DNA of 64,000 nucleotides from a candidate division FCPU426 bacterium (lineage in GTDB: Bacteria > Oederibacteriota > Muellerivitia > Muellerivitales > Muellerivitaceae): assembly GCA_963830915.1 (NCBI GenBank), contig CAWHOE010000064.1, positions 128,001 to 192,000 on the forward strand, written 5' to 3'. Numbering within the stretch: the first letter of the stretch is position 1; every line of letters begins with the position of its first letter. The notes below the pieces were generated by a model. The model was not told where the DNA came from. It did no database searches and saw nothing but the letters and a program-made list of their open reading frames with translations. This document shows positions 21,530-30,736 of this stretch, piece by piece. The position numbers were made by a program, and so were the translations under genes.

Positions 21530-22022
21530 CAGATTCCCCATCCAAAGGTTCCCATATCCCACGATCAACATTACGTATCAGTTCCATGGCCAATTCTTCG
21601 ATCTGTTGTTTCAAAGTTTCTGGAGAAACTCCCTGAGCCTCGAGTTTCATGGTCTTGTCCGTGTCCTTCACTAGCTTGGCGGCGAGCTTCCTGGCTCGTC
21701 TTTCCACTATCTCGGATAATGAGTTAAAACCTTCCTCAGGGACGATCGTCCAAACGAGACGGCAGTTCATGGCTTGAGCGGCACGGTCAAGGGAGGCCAA
21801 TGTGGCAGACTTAGAGGATTCTCTTTTCTCTAGATGCAAAACATCAGAAGTTTGAAGTTTCATTCTTTTGGCTAGTTGGGAAGCCGTTAAGCCTAAAGCA
21901 ACTCGAATGGCTTTCAACCAACCATCTAGAGGCATATTTATATTTCGCAACTCCAATAACGGAACAAGCTTTGCATCTATCAATTGGCGTTGAAATGTAG
22001 TCTTTTTTCGATTAGTTTTCAT
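21522..22022 (-). CDS. XRE-HTH 'mobile mystery protein A'
   Basis: GWLKAIRVALGLTASQLAKR, TLASLDRAAQAMNCRLV and TMKLEAQ; overlaps the Fic gene. Confidence 0.88.
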   Translation of the reverse strand: MKTNRKKTTFQRQLIDAKLVPLLELRNINMPLDGWLKAIRVALGLTASQLAKRMKLQTSDVLHLEKRESSKSATLASLDRAAQAMNCRLVWTIVPEEGFNSLSEIVERRARKLAAKLVKDTDKTMKLEAQGVSPETLKQQIEELAMELIRNVDRGIWEPLDGESDD

Positions 22023-22028
22023 GTCATA

Positions 22029-22080
22029 ATTATGTAATATATTGCATAATAAAACAACTTAATATGTAATATATTACATA
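22029..22080. promoter_or_regulatory. Two palindromic operators upstream of mobile mystery protein A
   Basis: ATTATGTAATATATTGCATAAT (22029-22050) and perfect TATGTAATATATTACATA (22063-22080). Confidence 0.65.
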
Positions 22081-22115
22081 AAATATAACGGATATATGCC
22101 TCAAATTAAACAGCA

Positions 22116-22238
22116 AAACTCACAGCAAACCTGCATGTAATATAAAATGCCTTTGAAAACCTTATAAAAACCTCACATAGAAAGAGCGACTTGCCGAACG
22201 AACCCATCCACCTAGTCATCGGTACCCCCTGCTACGGC
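22116..22238 (+). repeat. Direct repeat copy 2
   Basis: Matches 20806-20929 and includes the real start of the downstream gene. Confidence 0.9.
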
Positions 22239-22940
22239 GGGCAGATCACCGTTTCCAACTTCCTCTCGGCCTTGAGGCTCAGGGAATATTGCTCGAAGAA
22301 CGGCATCCGCGTCACCTTCGCCATGCCCTGGGGCGACGCCCTAGTCACCCGGAGCCGGCAAAGCATCGCCGCCTATTTCCTCGAAGACCCAACCGCCACC
22401 CACCTGCTCTATATCGACGCGGATATCAGCTATGACACCAACCAGGTCATCCGGCTCCTCAAGTTCAACAAGGACGTTTGCGCCGGCATATACCCCCTCA
22501 AGCGCTACGACTGGGAAAAGGTCCGCAAGAACGTATCGGCGGGTTACGAGCACCTGGAATCATCTGGGCTTTCCTACGTCATCAAGCTGGATGAAAATTA
22601 CGAAACTATCGACGGCTTCGGCAAAGTCACCGAGGCTGGGACAGGCTTCTTGCTGGTCAAACGGGTCGTCTTCGAGGACCTGTCCAAACGCTACCCCGAG
22701 TTGAGATATAAGGTGGCTAGTCCCCAGGGCGAAAAGGACCATTACGCTTTCTTCAACTGCCTGATCGACGAAAAGGGCGTTTATCTTTCGGAAGATTACA
22801 GCTTTTGCAAACGCTGGATAGATATGGGCGGGGAGATCTGGGCGGACCTGCAAAGCCGCCTGAACCACACGGGCCCCGAGACCTTCAAGGGGGATGTGGG
22901 CCGCAATTTCATCCCGGCCCCTCCGAAGGAGCCGTCATGA
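22191..22940 (+). CDS. GT-A-fold glycosyltransferase-like protein
   Basis: IGTPCYGG, LVTRSR, THLLYIDADI (DxD), GTGFLLV, YLSEDYSFCKRW. Confidence 0.75.
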   Translation: MPNEPIHLVIGTPCYGGQITVSNFLSALRLREYCSKNGIRVTFAMPWGDALVTRSRQSIAAYFLEDPTATHLLYIDADISYDTNQVIRLLKFNKDVCAGIYPLKRYDWEKVRKNVSAGYEHLESSGLSYVIKLDENYETIDGFGKVTEAGTGFLLVKRVVFEDLSKRYPELRYKVASPQGEKDHYAFFNCLIDEKGVYLSEDYSFCKRWIDMGGEIWADLQSRLNHTGPETFKGDVGRNFIPAPPKEPS

Positions 22941-23701
22941 AACCAGGCCAAAAAGCCTATCTGATGATCGGCACCCCCGCCTACGGGGGACAGCTTTCGG
23001 CGGTTTACGCCTCCTCGGTCCTGCGGTTCATGGAAGTCTGCGACAAGGTCGGCAACCTGCAGGTGGAAGTGGCGGTCCAATGGGGCGACGCCCTCATCTC
23101 CCGGGCCAGGCAGGACCTGGTCACCCGCTTTCTGGAGACTCCCCAGGCGACCCACCTGCTCTTCATCGATTCGGATATCGGCTTCCCCCCCGAACAGGTC
23201 TTGCGTTTGATGGAATTCGAGGCCGAGATGGTAGCCGGTGTTTACCCTTACAAACGTTTGGACCTGGAGAAGATGCGCCGGATCCATGAGAAAAAACAAC
23301 CTGTCCGGACTTCGGAGCTTTGGTCCTACGGGGTGGAATTCGAGAGCGCCGGAAATATTAGCGTGCGGGACGGTTTCGCCAGGGCCCTCTACGCCGGAAT
23401 GGGTTTCGTCCTGTTCCAAAAATCCGTATTCCTGAAGATGATCGAAAAATATCCCGAACTCAAATACACGGGCGGTTTCCTGCCCACCGACCCCTTCCCC
23501 CATAGCGAGAAACGCTACGCCCTGTTCAACGAGTTCATCGACGGGACGACGGGCCGTTATCTGCCGGAGGACCTGAGCTTCTGCCGGCGTTGGACCAGGA
23601 TGGGCGGGGAGCTGTGGGTGGATACCCAAAGCAAGCTCCAGCACGTGGGCCCTACGGTATTTGACGGGGATTTTTCGACCCAATTCACCTCGAGCCCATA
23701 A
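22937..23701 (+). CDS. GT-A-fold glycosyltransferase-like protein, tandem paralog
   Basis: IGTPAYGG, THLLFIDSDI, YLPEDLSFCRRW; ATGA overlap with the previous gene. Confidence 0.75.
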   Translation: MKPGQKAYLMIGTPAYGGQLSAVYASSVLRFMEVCDKVGNLQVEVAVQWGDALISRARQDLVTRFLETPQATHLLFIDSDIGFPPEQVLRLMEFEAEMVAGVYPYKRLDLEKMRRIHEKKQPVRTSELWSYGVEFESAGNISVRDGFARALYAGMGFVLFQKSVFLKMIEKYPELKYTGGFLPTDPFPHSEKRYALFNEFIDGTTGRYLPEDLSFCRRWTRMGGELWVDTQSKLQHVGPTVFDGDFSTQFTSSP

Positions 23702-23797
23702 CCACTACTGTCCAATAAAGGCATGATCCCAAAGCCAAAGATGGCCGATCAAAAGATTTATTGTTTAAGTCAAAAGACACAACTAAGACTTTAATCA

Positions 23798-23884
23798 GCC
23801 ACAGATGCATGGGATGCACAGGATGGAATAGACTTTTAAAAATACGACGATTTAAAAATCTCATGAATCCCATGAATCTGTGGC
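23798..23884. repeat. Small intergenic inverted-repeat element
   Basis: GCCACAGATGCATGGGATGCAC ... ATCCCATGAATCTGTGGC. Confidence 0.8.
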
Positions 23885-23976
23885 AAATATTTTTTTAATA
23901 GGTTTGCTTCGTAACTTGTCTTTAAGTTTTCTCACAGCGATGAGAAAATATTTTCATTCTTCCAAAGGATGTCCCC

Positions 23977-25881
23977 TTGGCTAATTCGCCGAAAAGCAGT
24001 TCCCTCTTTCATGACCGGCCAACTCCTTCCGGGCAAAGCCAGGAACGGTTATGGCGGATGGCCCTTATCCCCGTCTTGCTCGCCTTCGCGGCCTATCTGC
24101 CCGTGTTCAACAACGAGTTCGTTTGGGATGATCTCGCTTATATCCGGGACAACCCCAATCTGAGAAGCTTCACCGGCTCCCACATCCAATGGATGCTCAC
24201 CTCCTTCTTGGGGGGCAACTGGATGCCCCTGACCCGCCTTTCCCTGGCGTTCGATTATTTACTGGGGGGCGCCAGTCCCAAGATCTACCACTTCACCAAC
24301 CTTCTTCTGCATGGCGCCAATACCTACCTGGTTTTCTTCCTCTCTCTGGCGGTCCTGAGACTGGCCAGTAAGAACCTATCCTTGGGGATGGAAAAGGCGG
24401 GGGCCGGTTGGATGAAAGGCGCGGCCTGGATGACCGCCGTCCTCTTCGCCCTGCACCCCACCCAGGTGGAAACGACGGCCTGGGCCGTGGAGCGCAGCAA
24501 CCTGCTTTGCGCCCTGTTCTTTTTCCTGAGCATTCGAACCTATCTGGATTACGCCAACGGGGTAGGCTCACGGAGGAAAAAGTACATGGCCTGCCTGGGT
24601 TATTTCTGCCTGGCCATAACGGCCAAACCCTTCGCCGTCACCCTGCCGGTGGTATTGCTTCTTCTGGATCATTGGCCCCTGGGAAGGATGAAAAAAGGTT
24701 TGCGAAGCGTCTTGGCGGAAAAGATACCCTTCTTGGCCGTTTCCTTCATCGCGGGTTTGGTGGCCATCGCGGCCCAATCCGAAGCCAGCGCCCTGATCCC
24801 CCTTCAAACCTTGCCCCCCGACGCGCGCTTTTGGAACGCCTTTCATGCCGTGGCCTTCTATCTTTGGAAATTGGTTTGGCCGGCGAACTTGGCGGTCTTT
24901 TACCCCGTGACCCTCAAGACCGAAAGCCCGTCCCTGGAAAATGTCCTGGCGTTGCTTCTTTTCTTTTCGATCTCCTATCTTTGTTATCGCCAGCGAAAAG
25001 TCCGGCCCTATCTTTCCGTCGTGTGGCTTTATTTCCTGGTGACCTTGGCCCCGGTCCTGGGCATCTTCCAGATCGGCAGTCAAGTCGCGGCGGACCGTTA
25101 TCTATATTTCTCAAGCTTCGCCTTTTATCTGCTTTTCGCCGCGGCCCTGGCCATCTTCCTGGCCCGCCGGGGCACTTCCTGGATGCCTTCGGCCGCGATC
25201 CTGGCGGGGGTCCTTGGCTACGCCACCCTTTTGCAGGTGGGGACTTGGAGCGATTCGATCACCTTATGGGAGAAGGCCGTGGAAGTCTCCCCTCACGCGT
25301 CCGGATTGGCCTACGCCAATCTGGCCCAGGCCTATGAAGACCGACAGCTGTTGGACGAGGCCCTCAAGGCCTGGGACGAAGCCCTCGCCATCGGCCCGGT
25401 GGATTCCATCAAGCTGGAGGGAAAGGGCCTCACCCTTCTGCAAAAAGGCCGGGCGGAGGAGGCCGCGAAGATATTCAGGTCCGATCTCGTCCTTGATCCC
25501 AAGAACCCCATCGCCCACCGTTGCATGTTCCTGGCCCTTCAGAGCGTTGGAAAACTTCAGGAAGCCCTGCCCGAAGCCCAGGAAGCGGTCCGGTTATCCC
25601 CTTCTTTCCCGCTAGGCTATAACTATTTGGGCACCTGTTATTTCGGATTGAATCAAACCGACCTGGCCGCCGAGAATTTCCAGAAAGCCGTTTCCCTGGA
25701 CCCGCAAAACACCATCTACCTTGGGAACCTGGCTTCGGCCTATATGTCTTTGGACCGTTACCGGGACGCGGTCCAGATCTACCAGGAAGCCTTGTCCTAC
25801 AAACCCCAAGACCCTGGCCTTTCCCAAAGTCTGGAAAAAGCCCTAGAAAAACTGAATGAAGTGAAGGACCTGCGACATTAA
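23977..25881 (+). CDS. TMTC-like GT-C glycosyltransferase with C-terminal TPRs
   Basis: FVWDD, YHFTNLLLH, FALHPTQVE, ADRYLY followed by TPR repeats; start uncertain. Confidence 0.85.
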   Translation: MANSPKSSSLFHDRPTPSGQSQERLWRMALIPVLLAFAAYLPVFNNEFVWDDLAYIRDNPNLRSFTGSHIQWMLTSFLGGNWMPLTRLSLAFDYLLGGASPKIYHFTNLLLHGANTYLVFFLSLAVLRLASKNLSLGMEKAGAGWMKGAAWMTAVLFALHPTQVETTAWAVERSNLLCALFFFLSIRTYLDYANGVGSRRKKYMACLGYFCLAITAKPFAVTLPVVLLLLDHWPLGRMKKGLRSVLAEKIPFLAVSFIAGLVAIAAQSEASALIPLQTLPPDARFWNAFHAVAFYLWKLVWPANLAVFYPVTLKTESPSLENVLALLLFFSISYLCYRQRKVRPYLSVVWLYFLVTLAPVLGIFQIGSQVAADRYLYFSSFAFYLLFAAALAIFLARRGTSWMPSAAILAGVLGYATLLQVGTWSDSITLWEKAVEVSPHASGLAYANLAQAYEDRQLLDEALKAWDEALAIGPVDSIKLEGKGLTLLQKGRAEEAAKIFRSDLVLDPKNPIAHRCMFLALQSVGKLQEALPEAQEAVRLSPSFPLGYNYLGTCYFGLNQTDLAAENFQKAVSLDPQNTIYLGNLASAYMSLDRYRDAVQIYQEALSYKPQDPGLSQSLEKALEKLNEVKDLRH

Positions 25882-25898
25882 CCGGGAAGGAAGAAAGC

Positions 25899-26102
25899 AT
25901 GCATCTTAAAGTCGTGATGGGTACAGCTCTAGTGATTTTAGGACTGCTGGTGCTGGTCTACGTCAAGGATACCCCTAGGGCTAAGGAGGGGTTGGAATTG
26001 GGCCAATCCTCCGCCCCCCAAAACCCGCTACGGTCCTTCAAGTTCTTCCTGGCTTTCCTTCTCATCTGGGCCGGGGTATTCCTGCTTATCCATACTTTTT
26101 AA
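25899..26102 (+). CDS. Small two-TM membrane protein
   Basis: 67 aa, two hydrophobic segments, follows the TPR gene. Confidence 0.55.
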   Translation: MHLKVVMGTALVILGLLVLVYVKDTPRAKEGLELGQSSAPQNPLRSFKFFLAFLLIWAGVFLLIHTF

Positions 26103-26191
26103 TACCATTACCGCCGGACATTAAATTCGATCCAACTATCCATGATCCACTCTCGACCCTTCGTTCAAAAAAGGGTTTAGAATTTATTAAA

Positions 26192-28030
26192 TCATTTCTG
26201 TTTGATCAGCAAGATGGCCGAACCGCCTGAGACCTTATAGTTGTTGTCGGTCTTGAAGGCTTCCACGCTCTCGAAGTAAACCTTCGCCTTCACCTTTTGG
26301 TTCTCGAATTCCACCGACAGGTCCTCTTGGGGAATGTCCCTTTGGAAAACCTCGCTGTAATCATGGGCCTTGAGGGCCTGCTCGATCTTCGCCAAGGGAA
26401 TATCGGCCACATAATCCCCGTTGAATTGCACCATCAACAACTCGTTCTGGCCCGAAAGGCTCACGATGTACTTGTCCCGGTTTTCCTTGGTCAGGATGGG
26501 GCAGGTAGCCGATAGATAAAAACGCTGGAACTGGTCATAACCGGCCACGTTGAATATCCCCTCCCGTTTCGCCATGAAATTCTTCGGTTGATTGGTGGCC
26601 ACGACGATGTCGCATTGCTGAACGCCGATCATTTGAAGCAGTCTTTCCACGTTCTGGGGGCCGCTCGAACCGGCGCCGTAGGGGTTTTCCGCCCTCGCCA
26701 GTTCGGAAAGGTCCTGCGTGAACCAGCCCTGAAGACGGTCGAGGCCGAAATTGGTGGCGATGGCGATCAAGTCGTTTTCCAGCGCCCCGTATTTTTTGGA
26801 GTCCAGCGGGCTTGGGGGTTTGACCACCTTACCGTTTTGAAGCATCCCGTTCTCGGCCAATTTCTGGCCCAGGCTGGAGCGGTGGTGCTGAAAGGATAGT
26901 TCCCCCACGCTCAAGGGGCCGCCCCAGGACAGGGCCATGAGCGCCAGCAATAAAAAGGCGGGCCAGGCCATCCCGGCCTTGGGTTTGAGAAAAGAATAAG
27001 CGAACACCAAGGCGAACCAGACCAGGGCATAGGCGAAATAATAGCTGGGTATTTCCCCGTAATTGGCGCCCTTGAAAAGAACCCAGCCCGCGAAAACCAG
27101 GATGAGGATGGAAACCCCCGACATGATCTTTTGATATTGGGTGATCCAGGCCTGGTCTTCCTTCAATCTCACGGGGATCATGAGCAGGAAGGAGCCGTAA
27201 GCCAGGACGAAGGTGGTAAAGATGGCGTAGAGGAACTCGTCCGATTCCTCGGACAGGGAGGCCAGGTCATTGGCGGCCATCAAGCCGTCCATGAAGTAGC
27301 CAGCCAGGACCAGGAACATGGCCCCATAAAGGGTCGCGCGCCCGATCGCCAAACCCTCCTCATTTTCCGCCTCGCCGCTTTCCAGGGCCCGATGAACGAC
27401 CCCGACCAGGTACCAGGGAAAAACCAGGGTAAGCACCATGCTGTTGCCCAGGACACTGCCATAGGAGTCATCCTGAAGGAAATAGGAAATATAGCGCCAG
27501 GGGATATGGGCCAGGACCCTTTGCAGGAAAAAGCTGACGGCCAGGGTGAGCAGGATGGCGCCCCCCAGGCCCATCAACAGCTTGGACAGGTAGACCCATT
27601 GCCGGCGGGGTGAATTGATCATGCCCAAAAGGGGCAGGCAGAGGGCGGCGCCCACCAGCAATAAATAAAGATGCTCAAAAGCCGCGGAGGTGTCCAAGTA
27701 TTCCCGGTTGAAAAAATAGTTGAAGCAGAAATAAAGGATCACGAAACCCAGGGCATGCACGACCGCGGGGGTCTTGATCCATTTCGGCCGGGGACTTTCG
27801 AGCAAAAGACTCAACAGGGCGAAAAGCGGGATGCCCAGCTGGCAACAGCGGATGATGGTGGCCGATCCGGTCACGGGCATATCCACCCTTTGCCCCAGGA
27901 AAATATGGGCCAGCGTTCCCAGGGCAAGCGAAAAGGCGCTCAGGAAGCTGAAGAAAAACACGAAGGGGTATTTTTTGATGTAGGCGAGGAGGTCGATTTC
28001 GGGAAAGAGCCAGGCGGTCTTGGACTGCAT
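26192..28030 (-). CDS. DUF4153-like polytopic membrane protein
   Basis: Many TM helices, then GPLS...L..NGMLQNGK and a soluble tail; GGAG RBS before ATG 28030. Confidence 0.65.
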   Translation of the reverse strand: MQSKTAWLFPEIDLLAYIKKYPFVFFFSFLSAFSLALGTLAHIFLGQRVDMPVTGSATIIRCCQLGIPLFALLSLLLESPRPKWIKTPAVVHALGFVILYFCFNYFFNREYLDTSAAFEHLYLLLVGAALCLPLLGMINSPRRQWVYLSKLLMGLGGAILLTLAVSFFLQRVLAHIPWRYISYFLQDDSYGSVLGNSMVLTLVFPWYLVGVVHRALESGEAENEEGLAIGRATLYGAMFLVLAGYFMDGLMAANDLASLSEESDEFLYAIFTTFVLAYGSFLLMIPVRLKEDQAWITQYQKIMSGVSILILVFAGWVLFKGANYGEIPSYYFAYALVWFALVFAYSFLKPKAGMAWPAFLLLALMALSWGGPLSVGELSFQHHRSSLGQKLAENGMLQNGKVVKPPSPLDSKKYGALENDLIAIATNFGLDRLQGWFTQDLSELARAENPYGAGSSGPQNVERLLQMIGVQQCDIVVATNQPKNFMAKREGIFNVAGYDQFQRFYLSATCPILTKENRDKYIVSLSGQNELLMVQFNGDYVADIPLAKIEQALKAHDYSEVFQRDIPQEDLSVEFENQKVKAKVYFESVEAFKTDNNYKVSGGSAILLIKQK

Positions 28031-28202
28031 AAGGTCTCCTTTATAGGAATTCAACATCGGTCAGATGCTTTAGTTTACAATAAATGTCCGGTTGGGTATC
28101 GCGCCGTTGAGGAAATAACCGCAATTTAACCTGTTGCCGGGCCAAAAAAAGTTCAAAATAATAGGGTTATGCCGAATCTCTTGATATAGACAGGAGTCAT
28201 CT

Positions 28203-28766
28203 ATGAACAGCGATTCTTTTAAAAAACCCCTCCCCTTCCCTTTCGTTTTATTCTTGGGTTTTGGCCTGATCTTTTTCAATATTTTCGAGAAGATCCATCC
28301 CTTCCATCCCGCGGTCTATACCCCTTTATATTTGCTTCTGGTGAATATCGTTCCTTCGTTCGTGATCCTCGCGACCATTCTTTACGGATTTACCAATCCC
28401 GCCTACCGAAAGCCAGCCCAAATCTTTCTTTTGATCTTCTCCATGTGGGATATGACCGGCGCTATCCTGAACACCTTGGACCTTTGGAACCTCAGCCAAG
28501 AACAGGTCTTCGCTGTGTTGAAAAGCTGGTCGATCCCCCGTTCTATACTCAAGGGAGAGCTTCAAAACCTCGGCAACTGGGTGTTGGATTTTTTGATCGG
28601 CTGGTCTTTTCTGAAAAAAAGGCCCCTGGGTTATGAATACCCGGAGGTGAACCCGTTCCAGGAAGTTTTCATTAAATTCACCGGGGTCATTTGGATCATC
28701 GACTCGGTTTATCTGTTCGGCCTGCATCTGGCGGTCTTGTTATATAAGCTGATGCGGATGTTGTGA
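28203..28766 (+). CDS. Hypothetical membrane protein
   Basis: 187 aa, several TM segments, AGGAG RBS. Confidence 0.7.
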   Translation: MNSDSFKKPLPFPFVLFLGFGLIFFNIFEKIHPFHPAVYTPLYLLLVNIVPSFVILATILYGFTNPAYRKPAQIFLLIFSMWDMTGAILNTLDLWNLSQEQVFAVLKSWSIPRSILKGELQNLGNWVLDFLIGWSFLKKRPLGYEYPEVNPFQEVFIKFTGVIWIIDSVYLFGLHLAVLLYKLMRML

Positions 28767-28788
28767 TGGGGCACTGTTGAACAAAGCT

Positions 28789-28892
28789 TGTCCACGATGG
28801 GTCCCCTTGTAGTAGACCCTTGGTCACTACAGGGCATGTCCTAAAGTGTGATGCGAAGGCATCTCTACTTTAGGGCACGGCCGTCGTGGACA
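28789..28892 (+). repeat. Site S1, split by a ~76-nt structured insert
   Basis: TGTCCACGATG GGTCCC [insert] CGTCGTGGACA. Confidence 0.8.
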
Positions 28893-28940
28893 GATCCGAA
28901 TGCCTGATTTCAATATTCCTTAATTTCAAACGAGATATAT

Positions 28941-30104
28941 TCATTTGAAGGTCACTAATTCAGCTCGGGTTTGATACTCCACTAAAGTACCGGCAATTCC
29001 CTGTGCGATTTGATCCGCCTCTTTCTTTTCCTCATTCGCCAATTTCCCCTGGTACTCCGCGCCAGAAGGTTCCGAAAAGGGGTAGAATTTCACTCCCTTG
29101 ACTAAAAATTCTTTCTTTTGATTTGAATACAAAATTTCGGTTTCATAGTAGCCCTCGTTTTCATATCGAACAGACTTTGCTTTCATCGTTTTGATATCAA
29201 AATGGAAAATCGGCAAATCGGTCAATTTTTTCATCACGCTATTTTTCAATGAAAAGGAGAAAGCGCCCCCTGAATTATCCAAATTGCCCTCGCCGCCTTC
29301 CCCACGGTCGTCAACGACGAGCCACCCATATCCAGTGAGGGTTTCATCTTTTATCAAAAGATGGTCCGCAAACCTTACTGGAAGTGGATAAAGGCTTGCT
29401 TTACCTTTTTCCGTATCGTAAACGCTTAAGGAGCCGCTCAATATATAAAGCTTATTTCCAACCGCCAGAATATCCCCTCGCCCGTCCTTTGGCCCCGGCC
29501 CGAAGGATGTATTTTGGATTTTGTGGTTGTCCAGGAAAAATAAACCTTCGCTGTTTAAAAAATATATTATTTTATTCACTTTAGCGTAGTGGATCGGGAA
29601 CAAGGGCCAGGTCACATAATAGGTTGTTTCGCGGGAATTTAGGTTTAGGCACACTATTTTGGATAGATCGAAATCCCAAAACCAGGCATGCTTTCGGAAG
29701 ATGATGAATTTATCAAGGTAACTGCCGACCGGCAGGTTGTATTTTTTCCCGGTTGTCGAATTGGACAATTCATAAGATAAAATATCCGTTTCTTGACTGT
29801 TGGCAACTGGTTTCAGGTGCCAAATCGTGGTCACGCCCTGGTCCGATTGGGAAGGGCAAATATCTTCTTTGTTTCTGGAAGACGAATTGTATTTTTCTGG
29901 AAAAGGGCCCGGTGGGGTAAATACTTTGTAATCCCAAGTCTTTTGAACCGTGTCGTAGATCTTTTCGCCATGGGTGGTTTCAAAAATAACTTTTGTCCCC
30001 TCGCCACGGATGCCGGTAATTTGATTTTGATCCACGAAAGGATAGGCTGGCGCGCCAAAAAGCGGTGTCACGATCAGGAATAAAAAAAGGAATGAGAATT
30101 TCAA
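28941..30104 (-). CDS. Cassette 1: secreted hypothetical protein, beta-rich
   Basis: Signal peptide MKFSFLFLFLIVTPLFG; 387 aa between S1 and S2. Confidence 0.75.
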   Translation of the reverse strand: MKFSFLFLFLIVTPLFGAPAYPFVDQNQITGIRGEGTKVIFETTHGEKIYDTVQKTWDYKVFTPPGPFPEKYNSSSRNKEDICPSQSDQGVTTIWHLKPVANSQETDILSYELSNSTTGKKYNLPVGSYLDKFIIFRKHAWFWDFDLSKIVCLNLNSRETTYYVTWPLFPIHYAKVNKIIYFLNSEGLFFLDNHKIQNTSFGPGPKDGRGDILAVGNKLYILSGSLSVYDTEKGKASLYPLPVRFADHLLIKDETLTGYGWLVVDDRGEGGEGNLDNSGGAFSFSLKNSVMKKLTDLPIFHFDIKTMKAKSVRYENEGYYETEILYSNQKKEFLVKGVKFYPFSEPSGAEYQGKLANEEKKEADQIAQGIAGTLVEYQTRAELVTFK

Positions 30105-30164
30105 AATTATAAAACCCCCAAATAGAGATAACTTTTCAATTCCGTTAATCCAATCAATTTTAAG

Positions 30165-30192
30165 TATCCACGACGGGTCCCCATAAGGAACA
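30165..30192 (+). repeat. Site S2 (right arm divergent)
   Basis: TATCCACGACG GGTCCC CATAAGGAACA. Confidence 0.85.
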
Positions 30193-30218
30193 ATCTTTTT
30201 TCGCTAAAAGGACATGAC

Positions 30219-30647
30219 TCAAAAGATGCCGAATAACTTCTGATTTTTTTGAATTCTAGATAGTCCCATCAAACTCAAAAATAAACCCAAAATAAAAAGA
30301 ATTCCCTCAATAGATTGCTGATCATTAACAATTAACAAACTAGACACTCTCGAATCTTCAGGGTTATATAAAACATCAAAAGAGTCACCAACAGCATGTG
30401 CTTCAGATGTATGAAAGCCATAAAGTTGCTCGCGGGAATCAGGCAATAAAACTCTCACAGATAAAGAAAACGGGTTTTTTTCCTGCGCTGTATAACTTAC
30501 GGAAACAATTTTTCCTTGGAGGTGAATGCCCTTATTGAGAAGTACAGTATTTTGCCAATATCCAAAAATAGCAAAAAGAATAAAAAATACCCCCATAATC
30601 AAACAAAGCCATCCTTCCGCCTTTTGTGATATTTGATAGATGGGCAC
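30219..30647 (-). CDS. Cassette 2: DUF3592-like membrane protein
   Basis: TM - GKIVSV...VGDSFDVLYNPEDS - TM architecture. Confidence 0.7.
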   Translation of the reverse strand: MPIYQISQKAEGWLCLIMGVFFILFAIFGYWQNTVLLNKGIHLQGKIVSVSYTAQEKNPFSLSVRVLLPDSREQLYGFHTSEAHAVGDSFDVLYNPEDSRVSSLLIVNDQQSIEGILFILGLFLSLMGLSRIQKNQKLFGIF

Positions 30648-30688
30648 TATTTACTCCTTGCTTCCATTGGCTCTTTGGCAATAAAGGA

Positions 30689-30716
30689 TGTCCATTACAC
30701 CTCCCCGTCGTGGACA
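30689..30716 (+). repeat. Site S3 (left arm divergent)
   Basis: TGTCCATTACA CCTCCC CGTCGTGGACA. Confidence 0.85.
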
Positions 30717-30736
30717 ACATCTAACGCAGTTCAAAA

